Notes: a model not told the origin generated them from the letters alone. Shown: positions 35,761-51,305, numbered from the whole stretch's first letter. The stretch: 63,634 nt of DNA, filler included, from Octopus bimaculoides (GCF_001194135.2; 5 parts of 5 records of this genome joined end to end with filler, not necessarily neighbours in it); one strand, 5' to 3'. Translations and numbers: made by a program.

Positions 35761-37533
35761 TATANNNNNNNNNNNNNNNNNNNNNNNNNNNNNNNNNNNN
35801 NNNNNNNNNNNATATATACATATACATATATATATATATACGTACACATTTATGTATATACATATTTATATACATACATGTATATACATTCGTATATATA
35901 TATAATTACACATATATAAACAAATGGGCATACTTATATAAACAAATAAATAGCATTTAGCGAATATGCATTAACTGAACGTAGATTGTACTTTGGCTTG
36001 TGTAGATGTACTATGAGTGAGTTACTTTGCACGAAAAATGCAATTTATATATTTATTCTCATATCCACTCCTCCTGTTATTGACAGAAATAAACACACCT
36101 CTTCCCTGTACGTATTGCAGAGGAACGTGGCATTTGACTTCAAGAAATTTTAATTGCATCCTGGAGTTTAGGCTGCAAAATTTGCGATAATTCATTTATT
36201 TCCGATTCTTCCGCTACTTTGGCCAACAATCTATTAACTTAGTTAGATATAGCATTGCTTTCTACTTAGCACAATCAACAAATATTTGTGTAATTTTACT
36301 ATTGATACAATTTCTTTTTGTTTCTAATGTTGGTGATGGTGCATCTAATATCAATTTTCCTAAATATAGTTTCTGATTATGAATACTTGTTATTTCTTTT
36401 ATTTATTCCTGTCAACTTTTATTATAAATGACAGAAACTGCATGCAAATAAAATCCATATTAGTTTAATCTTTCCACATAGCATTACGTTTGTCATTTTT
36501 AATTTCCTTCTTACGATTTGCTCTGATTACCACCACTGAATCTGTGCTACTTGTTTATTTCTCCGAAAATCGCAAGTTGAGAAACACATTAAATATGAAA
36601 TAATAGGCAAATTTGTTGTTATAATGAGCAATCATGAAACAGTTTTGATAATAAAAGATGACAACTGATTCCATATTAATGTTCAATTAATAGTTTTATT
36701 GAGTTTTCTGTTACACATATTTACATTTGTCTAAGCCTTACTACATTTCCTTTTATTAAAGTTTGTGCTCATTTATATTTAGCCTGGTAAATTTGACAGC
36801 TCTCCAAATTTTACCCATTAGCATCCCGTTGAGAAGAAAACGTTATGAGGATTATATATATGTATTTCTTTTTTGATAGATGTTAAAGCACAACTAAAAA
36901 CATGAAGATGATTAAAATGAAAGCAGAAAAACGAGAAATGAAAATAAGGTAATGCCAGTTACAAAAAGAAAACAATGTAACAACTTCTCATTTGCAAATT
37001 CTGTCTCCAGAATTGACAGCCAATTTTATGGAATAAAATGGATTTTAGCCAAAACATGTATGTTCCTGAAGAAAATCTTGAAAATATGACATACTTTATA
37101 AAAAAAAATAGAATAAACGTATAAAATATGTAGCGCTTACTGAAGTAATCATTTGTGCGAGAGATTTAGCTTCGACAGTTCTAGATACAAATTAGCTACA
37201 CACTAGACGTTGCTACCTGCACAAAATGAAATATTGCATTTATAATATTCAGACTGACAAGTTGGCCGTTGTCCCTAAAATATAACATTAACGATCCAGA
37301 GGATTTGAAACTTTTCTCGTACGCCGAAGAATGGTGGAAATTTTCACTTCTTTTGGGGGATGGGTGAAATGACGTAAACTCAACAATGCATCAATTCAAA
37401 TTAATGTGATCCTTGTGTGATCACTTAATTGGTTGCTTCATTTAATAGCCGTATGACTCAAAACTCACGTAAAAACTATAATCTTAAATTATGAAATAAG
37501 ACATTCGCAAATGTAATCATAGACACATTATTT

Positions 37534-37608
<75 letters not shown>

Positions 37609-38740
37609 TAGAACAATTTTCCCCAAAGTAGATTTCAATCAGCGGTAATCTGAAATAATTCTTCGATAAGATTCTCGAAAGAGATCAATCAAATTGCCAT
37701 CCTCAACAATCGTACAGCTTATACAATTGTTTTCTAATGTTCTATTATCTACCACACCGGGAAATATTCATAGTTTATTTAAATATAATTAGGTTGATTA
37801 CACACATTTTTTAATAAACCTGTGCCATTTTACTTTTCTTTTATTATTCTCAGTATCACAGAAACCAAAATAAATCAATGTAGTAAGCTTCGATAAGATG
37901 ATTATTAAAAGTATTAGGATTTGAACTGACGCTGAGTTTTCGACAGGCTGAAAACAAGCATATGATTCTCATCTTCCCAACGATAGAAACATTTTTAGAC
38001 ATGATAAAGGATCAACATAATTGGGTTTCAATTCGATGTCATCTGTCATTCATGTTCCATATATACTGGTAGCGAGAGTCAATCTTCTAGTCACGCGAAG
38101 AAAACTATATTTTTGTCGGGTTATCTGCGGATGGGACTCCTAGCAGAAGCGCCATATTTTTTTTTTTTGTGCCGTGCACTCAGAATGTGCGGAGCAGGAA
38201 CATTTATTGCAAAGCATCCAGCATTACGTTTCAGCAATTCAGGATATCTCTAATCAATCGCTGGAAATTTTGCTGAAGGGCAAATTTGACTACAAAGTTT
38301 CGGAACAATTAACGCTTAAAATTCTATCGAAAACGCAAATGATTTTCTCAATTCACCGTTTTTTTTTTTGACCGATGTATTATGTTATATTTCTTGCTGA
38401 TCTCAGTATATGCTTAAATTTTAGACGATGAGTAAATGCTAAAGGTATCCACTGCCTGAAAATAAAATCTGTTGTAATGTATTGTGTTAATATTGATAAG
38501 AACGGCATTGATTATAGTGATTATTAAAATATGTACAAAATACAAACTCGGTGGGCAATAAGAATGCGAAAGTAATTTGAATTGACTTTGTGATAAATCT
38601 TTATTTTATGAATCGGCAAACACATTTTGGACGTAATAGTTAAAACTATGGTTTTAAGTAATTAATTATGTAGGTGTAACATTTCTGCCACTCAGTTGCA
38701 TTAATGTTTATGACTTATATTGGTTGATATTCCTAATTTT

Positions 38741-38953
38741 AAGTCGGCGAGCTGGCAGAAACGTTTGCACTCCGGGCGAAATGCTTAGCGGTATTTCGTC
38801 TGTCTTTACGTTCTGAGTTCAAATTACGCCGAGGCTGACTTTGCTTTCATCCTTTTGGGGTCGATGAATTAAATACCAGCTGTGTACAGGGTCGATCTAA
38901 TCGACTGACACCTCCTCCAAAATTTCGGGCCTTGTGCCTGGAGTAGAAAAGAC
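38741..38953 (+). mobile_element. SINE family A, well preserved, with 13-bp TSD
   Basis: Clear A/B boxes and core. TSD tattcctaat(t/g)tt at 38728-38740 and 38954-38966. Confidence 0.92.
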
Positions 38954-41043
38954 TATTCCTAATGTTAACTGCTCCCTCATCCTAAGTATGATTGTTATTA
39001 AACTCTAGAAACTGACAACGGGAAACACTACAGTAAAATGAACGATCTGAAAAGGATCTTGGAAATAATATTAAGTTTAACACTAGTATGATCACTGTTT
39101 GCTGAGATCGAAAATAATTGCTTCTCTCTTCGCATTGAATTATACGTGAAGCCAATGCAAAAAATAAATAAATAAATAAATAACTAGAAAACGTTAGTCA
39201 TCGGTTTTACTTTAAAATGTCAAGCAGATTATGAATGGGAGAGAGAGGGGGCTAAGACGGAAAAAATATAGAGTGTGGAGAAGAAAAGAACAAGGAAGAA
39301 TGAAAGAATGAAAGAAAATGAAAAGGAAAGCATAAAATAGCCTTTTGACAATGTATTTGCAATGTCTTTAGGGGAAAAATTGTTTTTATCCCAAAATATA
39401 TTCGGTACGTTTTGCAATATATTTGAAAGCCAATTTATTAATCTCTGCAAAACAAATGTTTTATTTTGTTATGTTTTTTTAATGCATTTATTTTATGTTC
39501 TTTAATTTGGTGTTAAACACCTTTGTATTTAGTTATATTCTGTGCCTGTTTGTATTTTTGCGATGAACACGCCAATGCATATACCTGTGTGTATAGTGAA
39601 ACACAGCCACACATAAACACATGCACACGCTTAAACACATGTATACACACGCAAAACGGTTTTGTATATGCATGCGTTTCTGTGTCAATGTAGACATATT
39701 TATATATAATTGTGATATTCGTGTTTTGTGAATCTAATACTTTAGAAATTACAAGTTGCGTTGTGAATAATCAAAATGTTTACACCGCATGGAGGTATAT
39801 TCCATGAACATTAGCGTAAATTGTGGCTTGCAAAATAGGATGTATTTTTTTTTTAAACTTTAAAAAATTATGTAACTGTTTAAATATATCAAACCCTATT
39901 AAACTATATTTATTGGGAACTGCACGAGAAATACCGAAATAAATAGTGATGCAGAAATGTGTTTGAAAATAAAAACAATGACAAAAAATGTAAATACATG
40001 CATTGCAAAGAATATCGTCAGATTTTGTTCTTAGTGGTGATTGCAAATGAAGGAATGTAGTTGAAACTATAAACGAAAAACTATAAGGAACGCGATTATA
40101 GTTTAAAATGCCTATCTAAATGAAAGACATTGAAGAGAAAACTTTAAACTCAACAATGGTCTTCCATCTTTGATTGAGAACACATCTATTCTATTGTAAT
40201 CTTGAAGATTGAATATAAAGTGAAAATAGTAATGGTTCATTCATATTTATGAACATATTGTACCCCATAAAGCTATATGTGTAATACTGACACTAAACGC
40301 TTTTCAAAACTATATATTTATTTATGTTTTCATCTGCTTTCGTAGCATTTTAATTTCTAATGTGTATACATGATTACATTTTGCAAGAATGATATTTCAT
40401 GTTGCTCTGATTCAATAATGATTGATACATTATTGATCTGACGATAAATTCTGAGTTTAACAAGTTATGTGCAAGGTGTATTATTACTATGCATGTAACA
40501 TATCTGAGGCAGACACAATGAGAAACATCACACATTTCTCAAACCGCTGTCCCAGTATGCTGAAAGCCAAGCAAGAGCATAAGTGTGAATTGCTGTTATT
40601 ATTCTAAGATAAATCTATAAATCACTGCCGTGACAATAGAAGATGCCAAGAATACAAATGGAATGTAATATTATGCAAAACGAAAGCCAATAAATGTATT
40701 TGCATTTATTTTTAAAATGTCGAAGATAAAATTTTCCTTAAAGTATGAAATAACAAAGAAGCAAACTGCGAATTTTATTTTTCACAAATTCTCAAATAGA
40801 ATGAAATAAGTTAAAAATTAGCAATTTCGTCATGAATAAGATTTTATTGTTACATCTTTGTTCCCATATTCAAATCATAGATTTAAAAGTATGGAATCTC
40901 AGTGGATAGCATTCAAGAGTAGACAATTTGAAAGACACATGTTCACTTGCTTTGAGTGATTAATTAGAGCAATTTCCTACTCATTCAAATTTGTCAATTT
41001 ATAGAATGCACAACTTTTGATAGACTTGAAAAAAATGATATAG

Positions 41044-41241
<198 letters not shown>

Positions 41242-41399
41242 AAACGAGAATGAGTTGTTTAGAAAGCAATTACAGGCTACTTTAGCTAGAAGGGATGTTG
41301 TTTTCAGAGTGACAGCAATAACTTTGCATAAGATATTGGCAGAATACATGACGGCATTTTCCTGTCATTCGATAATACATATTTCATTTTCGGTATCCT

Positions 41400-42050
41400 T
41401 TAACCTCTGAGTTAGCAGTTTTGGTGCTGCACCAAATGTCTCAGATGAAGAGTTGTCACATATCTTTTCACAATCCAATCATATCTCTGGCAGGATCCTA
41501 ATATTTTTCAATTTGTCTTCTCTTTTATCATATGATATTACAAGCTCTATGATCTAAAAATGTTTGTCTTTGTTCTCTGCAATCATATGTGTTCTCCATG
41601 CTTCAATAGAATGTAAGTAGCAGAATATTCTGTAATTCGCATTCCATATCATAGATTGGGCTCATATTCATATGCCAAACTTCCGAGTACATTTTTCATC
41701 TATATATTCGCACCTGTTGTTATACTCTATTTTCACTAACTTACTGTTTTCACTTAAGAGACAGTTAATACTTTCATTTCCTTTCCGCAAATTCTGCATT
41801 TTTTCTCCGCCATATGTTTATCAATATATGTCTATCAAATCCATTTTAATCGTTAGTCTATGTGCGGTAATGATTAGTACTTTATCTATAAATCACAGTC
41901 AACGTTCCTTAGAACCAGCATCCATAATATGTGGCATGTATTCGCGATGAAATTCCTTCTATTTCCAACTGGGGTTTTTTCCTGTCTTTCTTTGCCTTGT
42001 TTTTGAATACTCCTACCTTTTTCTTCTATAAGACGCTGGATATTTCTAGC
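41400..42050 (-). mobile_element. Very decayed R4/Dong-like RLE-domain remnant
   Basis: Minus-strand EKCRICGKGNESINCLLSE.SKL...EYNNR (CCHC-like zinc knuckle region) and a terminal TFGAAPK segment; (TAA)n lies downstream on the same strand. Confidence 0.55.
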
Positions 42051-42829
42051 TGCTAATCGGGTTCTTATTTCGCTACACACAACATAGTTTTCTTTTCAAA
42101 CACAGTCAAACTGATAGTTCATTTGCATTGTAATCTTTCCCAAAAGATGGCCAAAATATGTTTAATATACAAAACAAAAAGCAGAAGAAAATCACAGAGT
42201 ACTTTGAGATAAAAATATACCTAGAGTTATCTTTGGTGTAAACCACATGAGTAAATTTCTGCTAAAACATGTTTCTGTTGTTAGTTTTTTATATCACTTA
42301 TCTTTTAATTTGTTAGGATTATTTACAATTATATATGAGTTGGTTTGTATTATACACAAGCTTATATCTGCAACATGCTTCAAATTGACAAATAAAGAAT
42401 CAAGACTTGTTTCAATTATTAAAAAGTGAAAAATTCTGTAATCAAAAGATCTAAATCTCAGATTGATCGGTAGATGGAATAATGCGTTTTTCAGCACATA
42501 CATCAATAGATATTAGTAGACATTTCCTGATTTTTTTTTCATTCTTAAGCGTTACAGTTTGACCAATCAACAATTATTTTCTTACACATACTGAAATGTA
42601 GAAGTATTTCATAGTTATACCTGTCTAAATATGGTAATTGACATCCTATTTAAGAGAAATTGTACTATCATTCTTAAGAGTTATTATATTATATAAAATA
42701 TGTGTCTTGAATACTACAACAATGCACTATAATAACAACAGTGGGACTATAATAACTGTTATAATTAATCATCCATAGTCTGATATAATATTTCGGAATA
42801 TAAAAATTTCTTCTTCAGACACCCACATT

Positions 42830-43220
42830 ACACGCTTCCTAGAGATATTGAAAACCAACGGGTACCCTATATACATTGTAAACCGGCGGCTTAAGAACCC
42901 AAGACGACCAACACGCTGAACACACAGAAATCCGAGCAACACAATCAATGAACACTAGTAAACTATCATCCGTAACACGGATTTATGCCAACGGGTACAT
43001 GTTATGTATAGAATACAATGTAAAAAATGCAACAAGGACTATGTGGGTAACATAACAAGACCGTTACACATTCAGATCGAAGAACATCTGAATACGAGAG
43101 CCTCCTCCTTCAGAAAACATCTACTGTCACGTTTGAGTCCAATGAAAGAAATTTCGGTAATCTAAGAATTAAGGAAGGTATCCTCATGGACAGACTAGAG
43201 CCCAAATTAACAACAGGCTG
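42830..43220 (+). mobile_element. Penelope-like element GIY-YIG endonuclease fragment
   Basis: ILKTNGYP, then VMYRIQCKKCNKDYVGNITRPLHIQIEEH, then LRIKEGILM..LEPKL. Confidence 0.75.
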
Positions 43221-45084
43221 GAGTTTGGCAGTTAATATATTATGTAGCTACATCTGGATGCGTGTAGGTTCATTTTTGATAACATGTTTATGTTCTATTT
43301 ATAAATTTAAAAAATCGAAAGAAGTAGGGAAAAAAGGAAACTGCACGTATAATACATAACTTTGGAGCAGCGCTACGGATGTGCCAGCACAAACGAGCTT
43401 GAGACATGACCGCCGTAACGCACTTCGCGTGAATTATAACAGTTACTATAGTCCATTGTTATTCTTATAGTGCATTGTTGTGCCGTTCAAGACACATTAT
43501 ATCTTACAAACAATACGCAATGCTTCAAGCGAACTACAATACTCTTCAATATTATATATTTGAAATAAAAATATAGCAGACCTACACATGACTGGGAAAC
43601 ATCTGAAGAAAACATTTCATTGCTTTGTTTGACAGCCAGGTACAATTTTTCTATGACATTTCAATTCGGCAACTAAAACAGTGTCCCCTCTTTTGTTCAG
43701 TATGACTTACCGATCAGTATTCCCTTTCTATATTTAATTAGTTAAAGGTCAAAAGCCACTTAAATACATTTTTTCGGGCAAATCTATGCAATGTTGGGAA
43801 TACATTAGCATTCGTCTAGTTTTACATCCTTATTATTTCCTGGCCCTAAATGTGATATTTTTATTGCTAATATTGTCAAGCGTTGACTAACCTAATTACT
43901 ACCGCATAGCATGAATTGCTTGATGATATTTGTTCCTGTTCTTTACTTTCTGCTTTCAAATACTGCCTAGGGCAAAGCGATTATTCACCTAAATCATCAA
44001 ACTGCTTGGCTTTGATAACAGAAAGTATCAGTCAATTAATTAGATAGAAGTAATTAGTTACATGAAAATTATAGCTTTGTAAGTATTATTTTCAGTGCAA
44101 AATATTTGAAAAATCTTATACAATAGAAAATTTCGTTTTGTATAATTTTATTAAATTTCCTTGGCAGAGTAACATATATTATGTAGAATATCGAGAGATA
44201 ATTGGAATAAAATACGATAATGAAGTATGTTTTCTTTGCTTTTACATTGTAGATTGATGAATTTTAGAGATTATGCAGGTAGACAAGTTCGTGTTTTTTT
44301 TTTTTTTTGCATGATCACACTATCATAAGCTTTGCTTTGATAAAACGACTTAAATTTTTATCTTGGACAAGTCTATCAGTCGTAATTTACTATTTAGAAT
44401 CTAACTTTAAATACAGACTCAGAGGAATTATTTATCAAATAGACTTAGACTTGATAAGACTAATATTCATAAATCCGGTATTTGATTTTTCTACTTCCCT
44501 GCAGCGAACATATACAGTTTTAACCACAAAAATATTGCACCTGCCCAATTCACTTGTATCAGATGTTATGTAATAATAAAAGCCATTTTTTCCTCTTATC
44601 CTTTACAGCGTAAATGTTAACAAATATCAGTTCTTACTAAGCATCACAAAATGGATACAAAAGCAACACTGAAGAATTATAATAAAAATTAGAAAGAAAT
44701 TTCTTAAGTCTCTATCTAAAATATCTTCAGGGAAACTTCTCATTCGAATTTCTCTTTGTAGTTTAAAGAAATATCTGACTACAATATGTTGACCTCAACA
44801 AAGGTTTGACATTTTTGCAAAGTTTTCTGTGATGCTTTCAGATATAGCATTCTGATTGTAGTTTGGCTTGTACTGGATATATTGTACTGGATATATTTAA
44901 ATCAATAAGGGATGTTGTGCGAGGCATGTATCTCACTAAGAGATGAAGTGCAGTCGCTTCAAGATGAAGTTGACTGATATCTTCTAGGATAAGTTGATTA
45001 GGTTTGTGTATCCAAGTACTCAGCTGCATTTAAAATATTTTAATATCACTTATGGAATGATCATCATTACTGCTTTGAAACTAC

Positions 45085-45093
45085 AGATATGTT

Positions 45094-45137
<44 letters not shown>

Positions 45138-45147
45138 NNNNNNNNNN

Positions 45148-45190
<43 letters not shown>
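45085..45190. repeat. (CT)n microsatellite with small gap
   Basis: Directly visible. Confidence 0.98.
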
Positions 45191-45192
<2 letters not shown>

Positions 45193-45544
45193 TATATCTC
45201 TTTCTGTCTCACTCCCAATGATATGTGTCGCACAAATGGCGCATTAGAAATATATCCATATCCTAGTAAATAAAGAGACAATTATATGAAAAGCAAAACT
45301 GTGACGGGAATCTACTTGAACAGGCGTAGTCTGTGACTAAATGATAGATGAAAAAAGCTTCACCGCCGCCCATGCTTTCGCACATGTTCTACCCATTTAA
45401 ATATGCTGCAAATAGCAAATTTCAGATTCTTCATTGTTCCTACCTGGTGTTCATATATTGCTGCATTTTTTGTAAACAAAACTTTAAATTACTCGAGTTG
45501 TTCTGATAGTTAAACATTTGGTTTTTATACTTTACAATAGTTAA

Positions 45545-45890
45545 AAAAAGGTGAAGACCCCCTTCGTTCATGAATGATCCTGGGATTACACCTACAAAGT
45601 TACTCTCCAAGGAACACATCTGGCTAAGGTTGTTTATGGAAGACTAGCAGTCACGTATGCATAACAGCCTCCCATCCCCGCGCCATTATTGTTATCCAAA
45701 GGAACGGCAAAGGTCAATACAGTTTGGCACCAATGATGTCGCAACTATTTTCGACGGGTAAGTGAAGTGGAGCCACGTGTAATAAAATGTCTTGCTCAAG
45801 AACACAACACAGAGTCTTTCCGGGAATTGAATTCGCTACCTAATGATTGTGAGCCCGATGCTCTAATCACTGAGTCATGCACCTTCACCT
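45545..45890 (-). mobile_element. tRNA-derived SINE family C
   Basis: Minus strand starts gtgaaggtgcatgactcagtgattagagc (A box) ... gcgaattcaattccc (B box), then tgtgttgtgttcttgagcaagacatt and a distinct 3' body. Confidence 0.75.
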
Positions 45891-47129
45891 CAGCCATAGG
45901 AACTCACTAAAGGTGAACTACCAGTGATCATTTCTTATTCAGCACATACACCTATGGTTCCCTTGTTTTAAGATACATTTCTTTTTCATCCGTCCTCCCA
46001 CTTCATTAATAACTTACTCGTCACCTTCTCTATTAAATATCAGTTTATTCATAGGAATAGGATACCTTCCGATAACATAATTAACCGAATAAACTGTTAT
46101 GGGTTCACACATACACACGCAGAGATATATGCATAAATATAACATATATTAAAAGAACAACTGGAATATACATACACATGTGCATTAATGTTCGTAATGG
46201 GTGTGTGTGTGTGTGCTCGCGTGTGTGAGCGTGTGAGAACATGTGTCAGTGAACGTGTGTGCGTGTGTGAGCATGTGAGTACATCTGTGAGTAAACGTGT
46301 GTGCGTGTGTGTGTGTGTGCATTTGTGTGTGTGTACATACATGCATGCATTTACATGCGCACATATAAATACAATGTTTTTACGTTTATCCATACACTTA
46401 CATAAACACACAATTTTTCATGTGCGGGTTATATGAGATGTGTACTCGTATATACAAACGCAGACACATATACAAATATGTGTTTAGAATAATGCATATA
46501 TTAGCTCTTGTAGACGCCCAAATACTCGCAAGCATGCACACATTCCTTCATAAATACATACATATCTGTATACACACACATACACACAGACACAGATACA
46601 CACACACACTTACAAAGATGTGAATACACACACGTGCGTAAATATATATATAACATAATGAAGTTAAATATAGGCTTGGCATTAAAATTCAGAGATTGTA
46701 ACGTAAAATATAACTTTATAGCGCATAAATAATTAAATATTAATATATATAATACGATAAAATAAAATAACGTATGAATAAAAGGATGCTAAGTTAAAAA
46801 TAAATGAAAATATATAGGTGAACGTGGGTTAAATTTCAGATAGAAAATTAAGGTATAACTGTAACGTATCTTTATTTGTCAGATAGATAGGTGATTGTTC
46901 ATTGCTATAAGGGGGTTACAATGTAGGTTTATAGATTAAAATATAAAATCAAATGTAAAGGCTTTTACAAAACTGTAATGCAAAAAGGAAGAAACATGGG
47001 TTTTAACGTAGAGTATAACGTAGAGTATAACGTAGAGTATATCAAACGTATAAAGGTTCATATATAGTATGGGTGCAGAATACATTATAGGAGCTAGATT
47101 AGAGGGAGGTTAGATTAGATTAGGAATGA

Positions 47130-47640
47130 GGGAACAGGTAGACATTTGGGTATTTCCAAAGTCGATTAATTGTTATTGAGAAGTTTTCCTCATGTGGATT
47201 TAAATTTGTTCTCAGAGAGGCCTTGTGCCGTTGTTGTTATTCTTGGTCAAAACATTGGCACAATAAACGATATTTCTTTGAAGATGTTTTCTGTTCATAA
47301 GGTAGATACTTCTAATAAGGCATTTCTATTGAAGGTGAAGAATCAGTTTCGGTAGGAGTCAAGCTATCACCTTTCGATTCTGGCTGAGGAAGTGGCAAAA
47401 GGTTTTGTGCAGCTATAACTGATCTGAGGTTGCATATTATAACATTTTTGTGGAATTTATGATTCATAGGGAAGTGATTTTTTTTACGGTTAGGAACAAC
47501 CTAGCAATATCACTTTTAACTTTTAAACTGAAAGATGGAGGTTATAAAAAATAGTTTTTCTTCTCCTGGTTCTCTTAGGATTAGTGCCTTCTTGCAGTTT
47601 TATAAGAGCTTAGGTGGAGACACAGAAGATAGTATACCTA
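47130..47640 (-). mobile_element. Penelope-like element C-terminal remnant (thumb/linker/GIY-YIG)
   Basis: Minus-strand RRRKTIFYN.P.S.KVKSDIARLFL...HFP.NHKFHK...ISYSCT and GLSENKFKS-like segments. Confidence 0.6.
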
Positions 47641-47739
47641 CTAAGACAGAGTAAGTACATCTATTTTTGAATGAGATCTAGAGGCAAGAGGTTTCTCACA
47701 ACCACGGTGCGTGAGATCCGAAATCCATCGCCCTGACGT

Positions 47740-49855
47740 TCCATGATATGACCGTGTGCGCATAATAACGGAAGATGTAATTACACAAGTATCAACACCG
47801 CCCAATTGGAAAGCGGTAGGACAAGAAGGAATCCAAGGCTACTTGCTCAAGTACTTTAGGTCAACAGACAAACGAATTGTGCTGCAATTAGACAATTGCC
47901 TACAGAGTGGTGCAGTTCCGGAATAGATTGTAGAGGGAAATACATTGTTGCTGAAAGATCGGCCAAAAGGCAAGGCGTTGTCAAGTGCCGACTCATTGCT
48001 TGTCTGAGGCTCTTATGGAACGTATTAACAGTCATCTGCGCAGGGAAAATATATCCGTTCCTTGCAGAAGACAATCTACTTCCAGTAGAACAGAAGGGAT
48101 GTCGGAAAGGATACAAAGGCACCTAGGCTCTCTTTGTGATAGCCGAGATGTTTTCTACAACAACGAGCACTTATCGGAGGTAATGATCAAAGGAGGTATC
48201 TTCCAGGAGACTCTTGTTCACTTTTGTTATTTGTTATAACCTTCATCCCACTTTCTGTAGTTCTACAAACAAAATCAACGCGCACTATGAGCTGAGAAAG
48301 AAAGTACCTCGTCTCAGCCACCTTCTCTTCATGGATGATTTAAAACTGTTCGCAAAAACAGATCCTTAAATGAAGAGGCTGCCTGAGAGCATGCAGATGT
48401 GCAGCAAAGATATAGGGATGACATGCGGTACCATGACGTGCGGGGTTCTCAATTTCAATCGGGGAAAAGGAGCACATTGTATGGGCATAGACATGCTAAA
48501 TGGAGATGATGGTGAGTACAAGTGCTTTCGGGTACTGTAGCTGGACAATATCTCGTGGGGATAAATGAAAAAGAAGGGCATCATTACATATTTGAAGCGT
48601 CTCAAACTTCAAGTCAAAACTCAACTCAAGAAACTTTGTTACAGCACTCAAAATATGGGCAGTTGCTGCAGTCCGCTATAGTGCATCCCTTCTGAAATGG
48701 TCACGAGCGGAAATTAACCAGCTCGATCGCACTACCTGAAATACAATGACAATGTATGGTGCCCTCTAACAAAACGTGGACGTACACAGGCTCAACATGA
48801 AAATGTGTAAAAGAGGATGTGGCCCGATTAGCGTACGGGAGTGCATGAACAGTGTAAGAAGAAACTTAGCAGAGTACTTGGCAAACAGCAAACAAAACCT
48901 GCTGCCCTATGCTGTTAATACAGAAGAATTTACCAAAAATGGACTTGAAAGTGCTAATTCTGATCACAAATAGCTAACGGGGAAGAAGAAGCTCTACTCC
49001 GCAGAGAACTACATGGTTTGTTCCACCGTGAAGCTTACAACTTCAAAGACCATGAAGCATCATGGAGGTGGCTCAGCAAGGGTGATTTTACAAATAAGAA
49101 TCAAAACCTACTCATCGCTGTCCAGGATCAGGTATACAATAGAATACCACTCAGTGAAAAGGGATATATAGCATACAAGTGCAAAGAATCTCAGTAGAAT
49201 ATTTGAGGAGAGGGTAGAAAACGTGACTCACATTGTTGGTGTCCGTGAAAGTCTAGCACAGAAAGAATACAAGCACAGACACGACAAGGTAGTCCAAAAC
49301 CCTCACTGGCTACCATGCTGGAAGTATGGATACGCGATAACGGGTGTTTGGCATGGATTTACACCGGAAAAGGTAATTTACGAAAAGGGGAAGGCAAAAA
49401 TCCTCTGGGACTTTGACTTCCAGACAAACAAGGTATCAGAGGACCGAAGTCCGACTATAAGAATCTTTTGGAAGGGCAAACAAGAGTGCTTAATAATCGA
49501 TGTGTCAGTGCCAGGAGATCAACATATTATCATGAAGGAAAGCGAAAATGTTGATAAACTTGGAAACCTGAGAATAGAGATTGTCAAGGTGTGGCAGGTA
49601 CGAGAGTCAAACGTAAAAATTGTCCCTGCTGTCATCGAAGCATCGGGTTCAATATCACCCAACTTGAAGGAACATGTAGATAATCGAGGTCTACTGCAAA
49701 ACCGGCATTACTTGCAGCTGCAAGCCTACTGCGCAGAGTTCTGTCTATCTGAGGTTCATGTTCTGTATTGACAGAGAGTAGAAAACCCCGTTAGACATAT
49801 TATATTCAGTCCACAACATCAGGTTATTGGATACTGTGCAACGTATTCAATGAGA
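47740..49855 (+). mobile_element. R4/Dong-like RLE non-LTR retrotransposon, 5'-truncated, followed by (TAA)n
   Basis: PNWKAVG..GIQGY (~47790), EQKGCRKG, GGIFQ, SHLLFMDDLKLF (~48315-48350), ORF 49223-49771 HIV...LAQKEYKHRHD...KILWDF.FQT...LIIDVSVPGD. Confidence 0.88.
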
Positions 49856-49869
49856 ATAATAACAATGAC

Positions 49870-49900
<31 letters not shown>

Positions 49901-49903
49901 GTA

Positions 49904-49965
<62 letters not shown>

Positions 49966-50010
49966 TATAAACGTAAACATATAAACATATAAACATATAA
50001 ACATATAAAC
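49856..50010. repeat. (AAT)n tract plus (AAACATAT)4
   Basis: Directly visible. Confidence 0.95.
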
Positions 50011-50439
50011 GTATCTGTCAAGACCTACCAAAAACTGAGCAAATATAAAAATCTTGAAATAGAAATTAGCAAAATGTGAAATCTGAAGACGAAAACAATA
50101 CCTATTGTCATAGGTGCCCTGGGAATGACAGCGAAACGGGCTGATTACTACCTAGATCAGATTCCAGGAAACCCCAAAATGGCTGATGTTCAAAAGATAG
50201 TGCTCATGGGAACTGCCCATATCCTACGTAAAATACTGTCTATGTGATCTCAAATTTTAAAGAAAACACATAATTTTCTTATGGTTTCTTAAACATTCAC
50301 TTCAACAAAACTGTACAAATCCAAATATATGGTACCCTAGGCATAACACCTACATGAACTTCTAACTTGTTGTCTCTTGAGGTCTCTGGGTGAGACTTGG
50401 ATCCAACTTGTACAAATGCAAAACAAAAGTCAAACATAA

Positions 50440-50440
<1 letters not shown>
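50010..50440 (+). mobile_element. R4/Dong-like 3' end (second subfamily) followed by (AAT)n at 50441-50530
   Basis: KTYQKLSKYKNLEIEISKM.NLKT..IPIVIGALG...VLMGTAHILRKILSM* plus 3' UTR. Confidence 0.85.
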
Positions 50441-50530
<90 letters not shown>

Positions 50531-50531
<1 letters not shown>

Positions 50532-51305
50532 AGTAGCTTGATCTTAACCAGTTAACGAGATGGCATGACCTGAAGATAGAGACAGAAGCACTCATATGCG
50601 CAGCTGAGGAACAAGCGTTAAGGACCAATTTTATGAATTGCAGAAGAGAGAACACTACCGATTGAAACAAAAACAGAATGTGTGGTGAGAGAGGTGAAAC
50701 GGTATGGTACATCGTTAGCCAAAGTCTTAAATTGGCACAAAGCGAAAATAAACGTCGCCATGAAAATGTGGGAAGAATGATCCATTGGGAGCTCTGTGTA
50801 AATCACGGCCTAGAAAGAGAAAAGACGTGGTATGAACAAACCCCAGAAGGAGTCACCGAAAATGAGAATTACACAATCTTGTGGGATGCAATGATCCAGT
50901 ACGATGACCCGACTAGACATCTGAAACCGGATATTGTTGTCGTGAATTAAAGAGAAAGTACTTGTATGATAATCAACATAGCATGTCCAGGTTAAAACAA
51001 GATGAATGTGAAAGAAGAAGAAAAGTTTAAAAGACTATGACGATTTGAAGTGGGGAACTACGAAGGCCATGGCCATTGAAGGGAGTAGACGTAATATCAA
51101 TAGTAATTGGTGCATTTGGAAGTATCAGCACTGAAGTACCAACATGGCTTAAAAAGATTGGTACAAGTGTGAAGGTAGAACAAAAATCAGCATTGCTTGG
51201 AGCTACAAGAATTATTCGCAGGGTTCTTGAAGCATGACCTGTAAACAAGTGACACTTTCTCTCATACCCAGCAAAATAAGCTGTGAGTTTTCATATAATA
51301 ATGAT
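50531..51305 (+). mobile_element. R4/Dong-like 3' fragment (third subfamily)
   Basis: ETEALICAAEEQALRTN, MCGERGETV..IVS...LAQ.E.KRRHENV...IHWELC, ILWD..IQ.D...KPDIVVV, IVIGAFGS...ALLGATRIIRRVLEA*. Confidence 0.88.

Noticed and set aside
38174-38371. 65-aa ORF MHSECAEQEHLLQ...
   Set aside because: Starts at a non-ATG codon, has no recognisable domain and no convincing splice context.
41437-41460. tgtctcagatgaagagttgtc, similar to the hammerhead-like start at 35484
   Set aside because: No downstream GAAA/stem III; it lies inside a minus-strand Dong-like remnant, so the match is probably coincidental.
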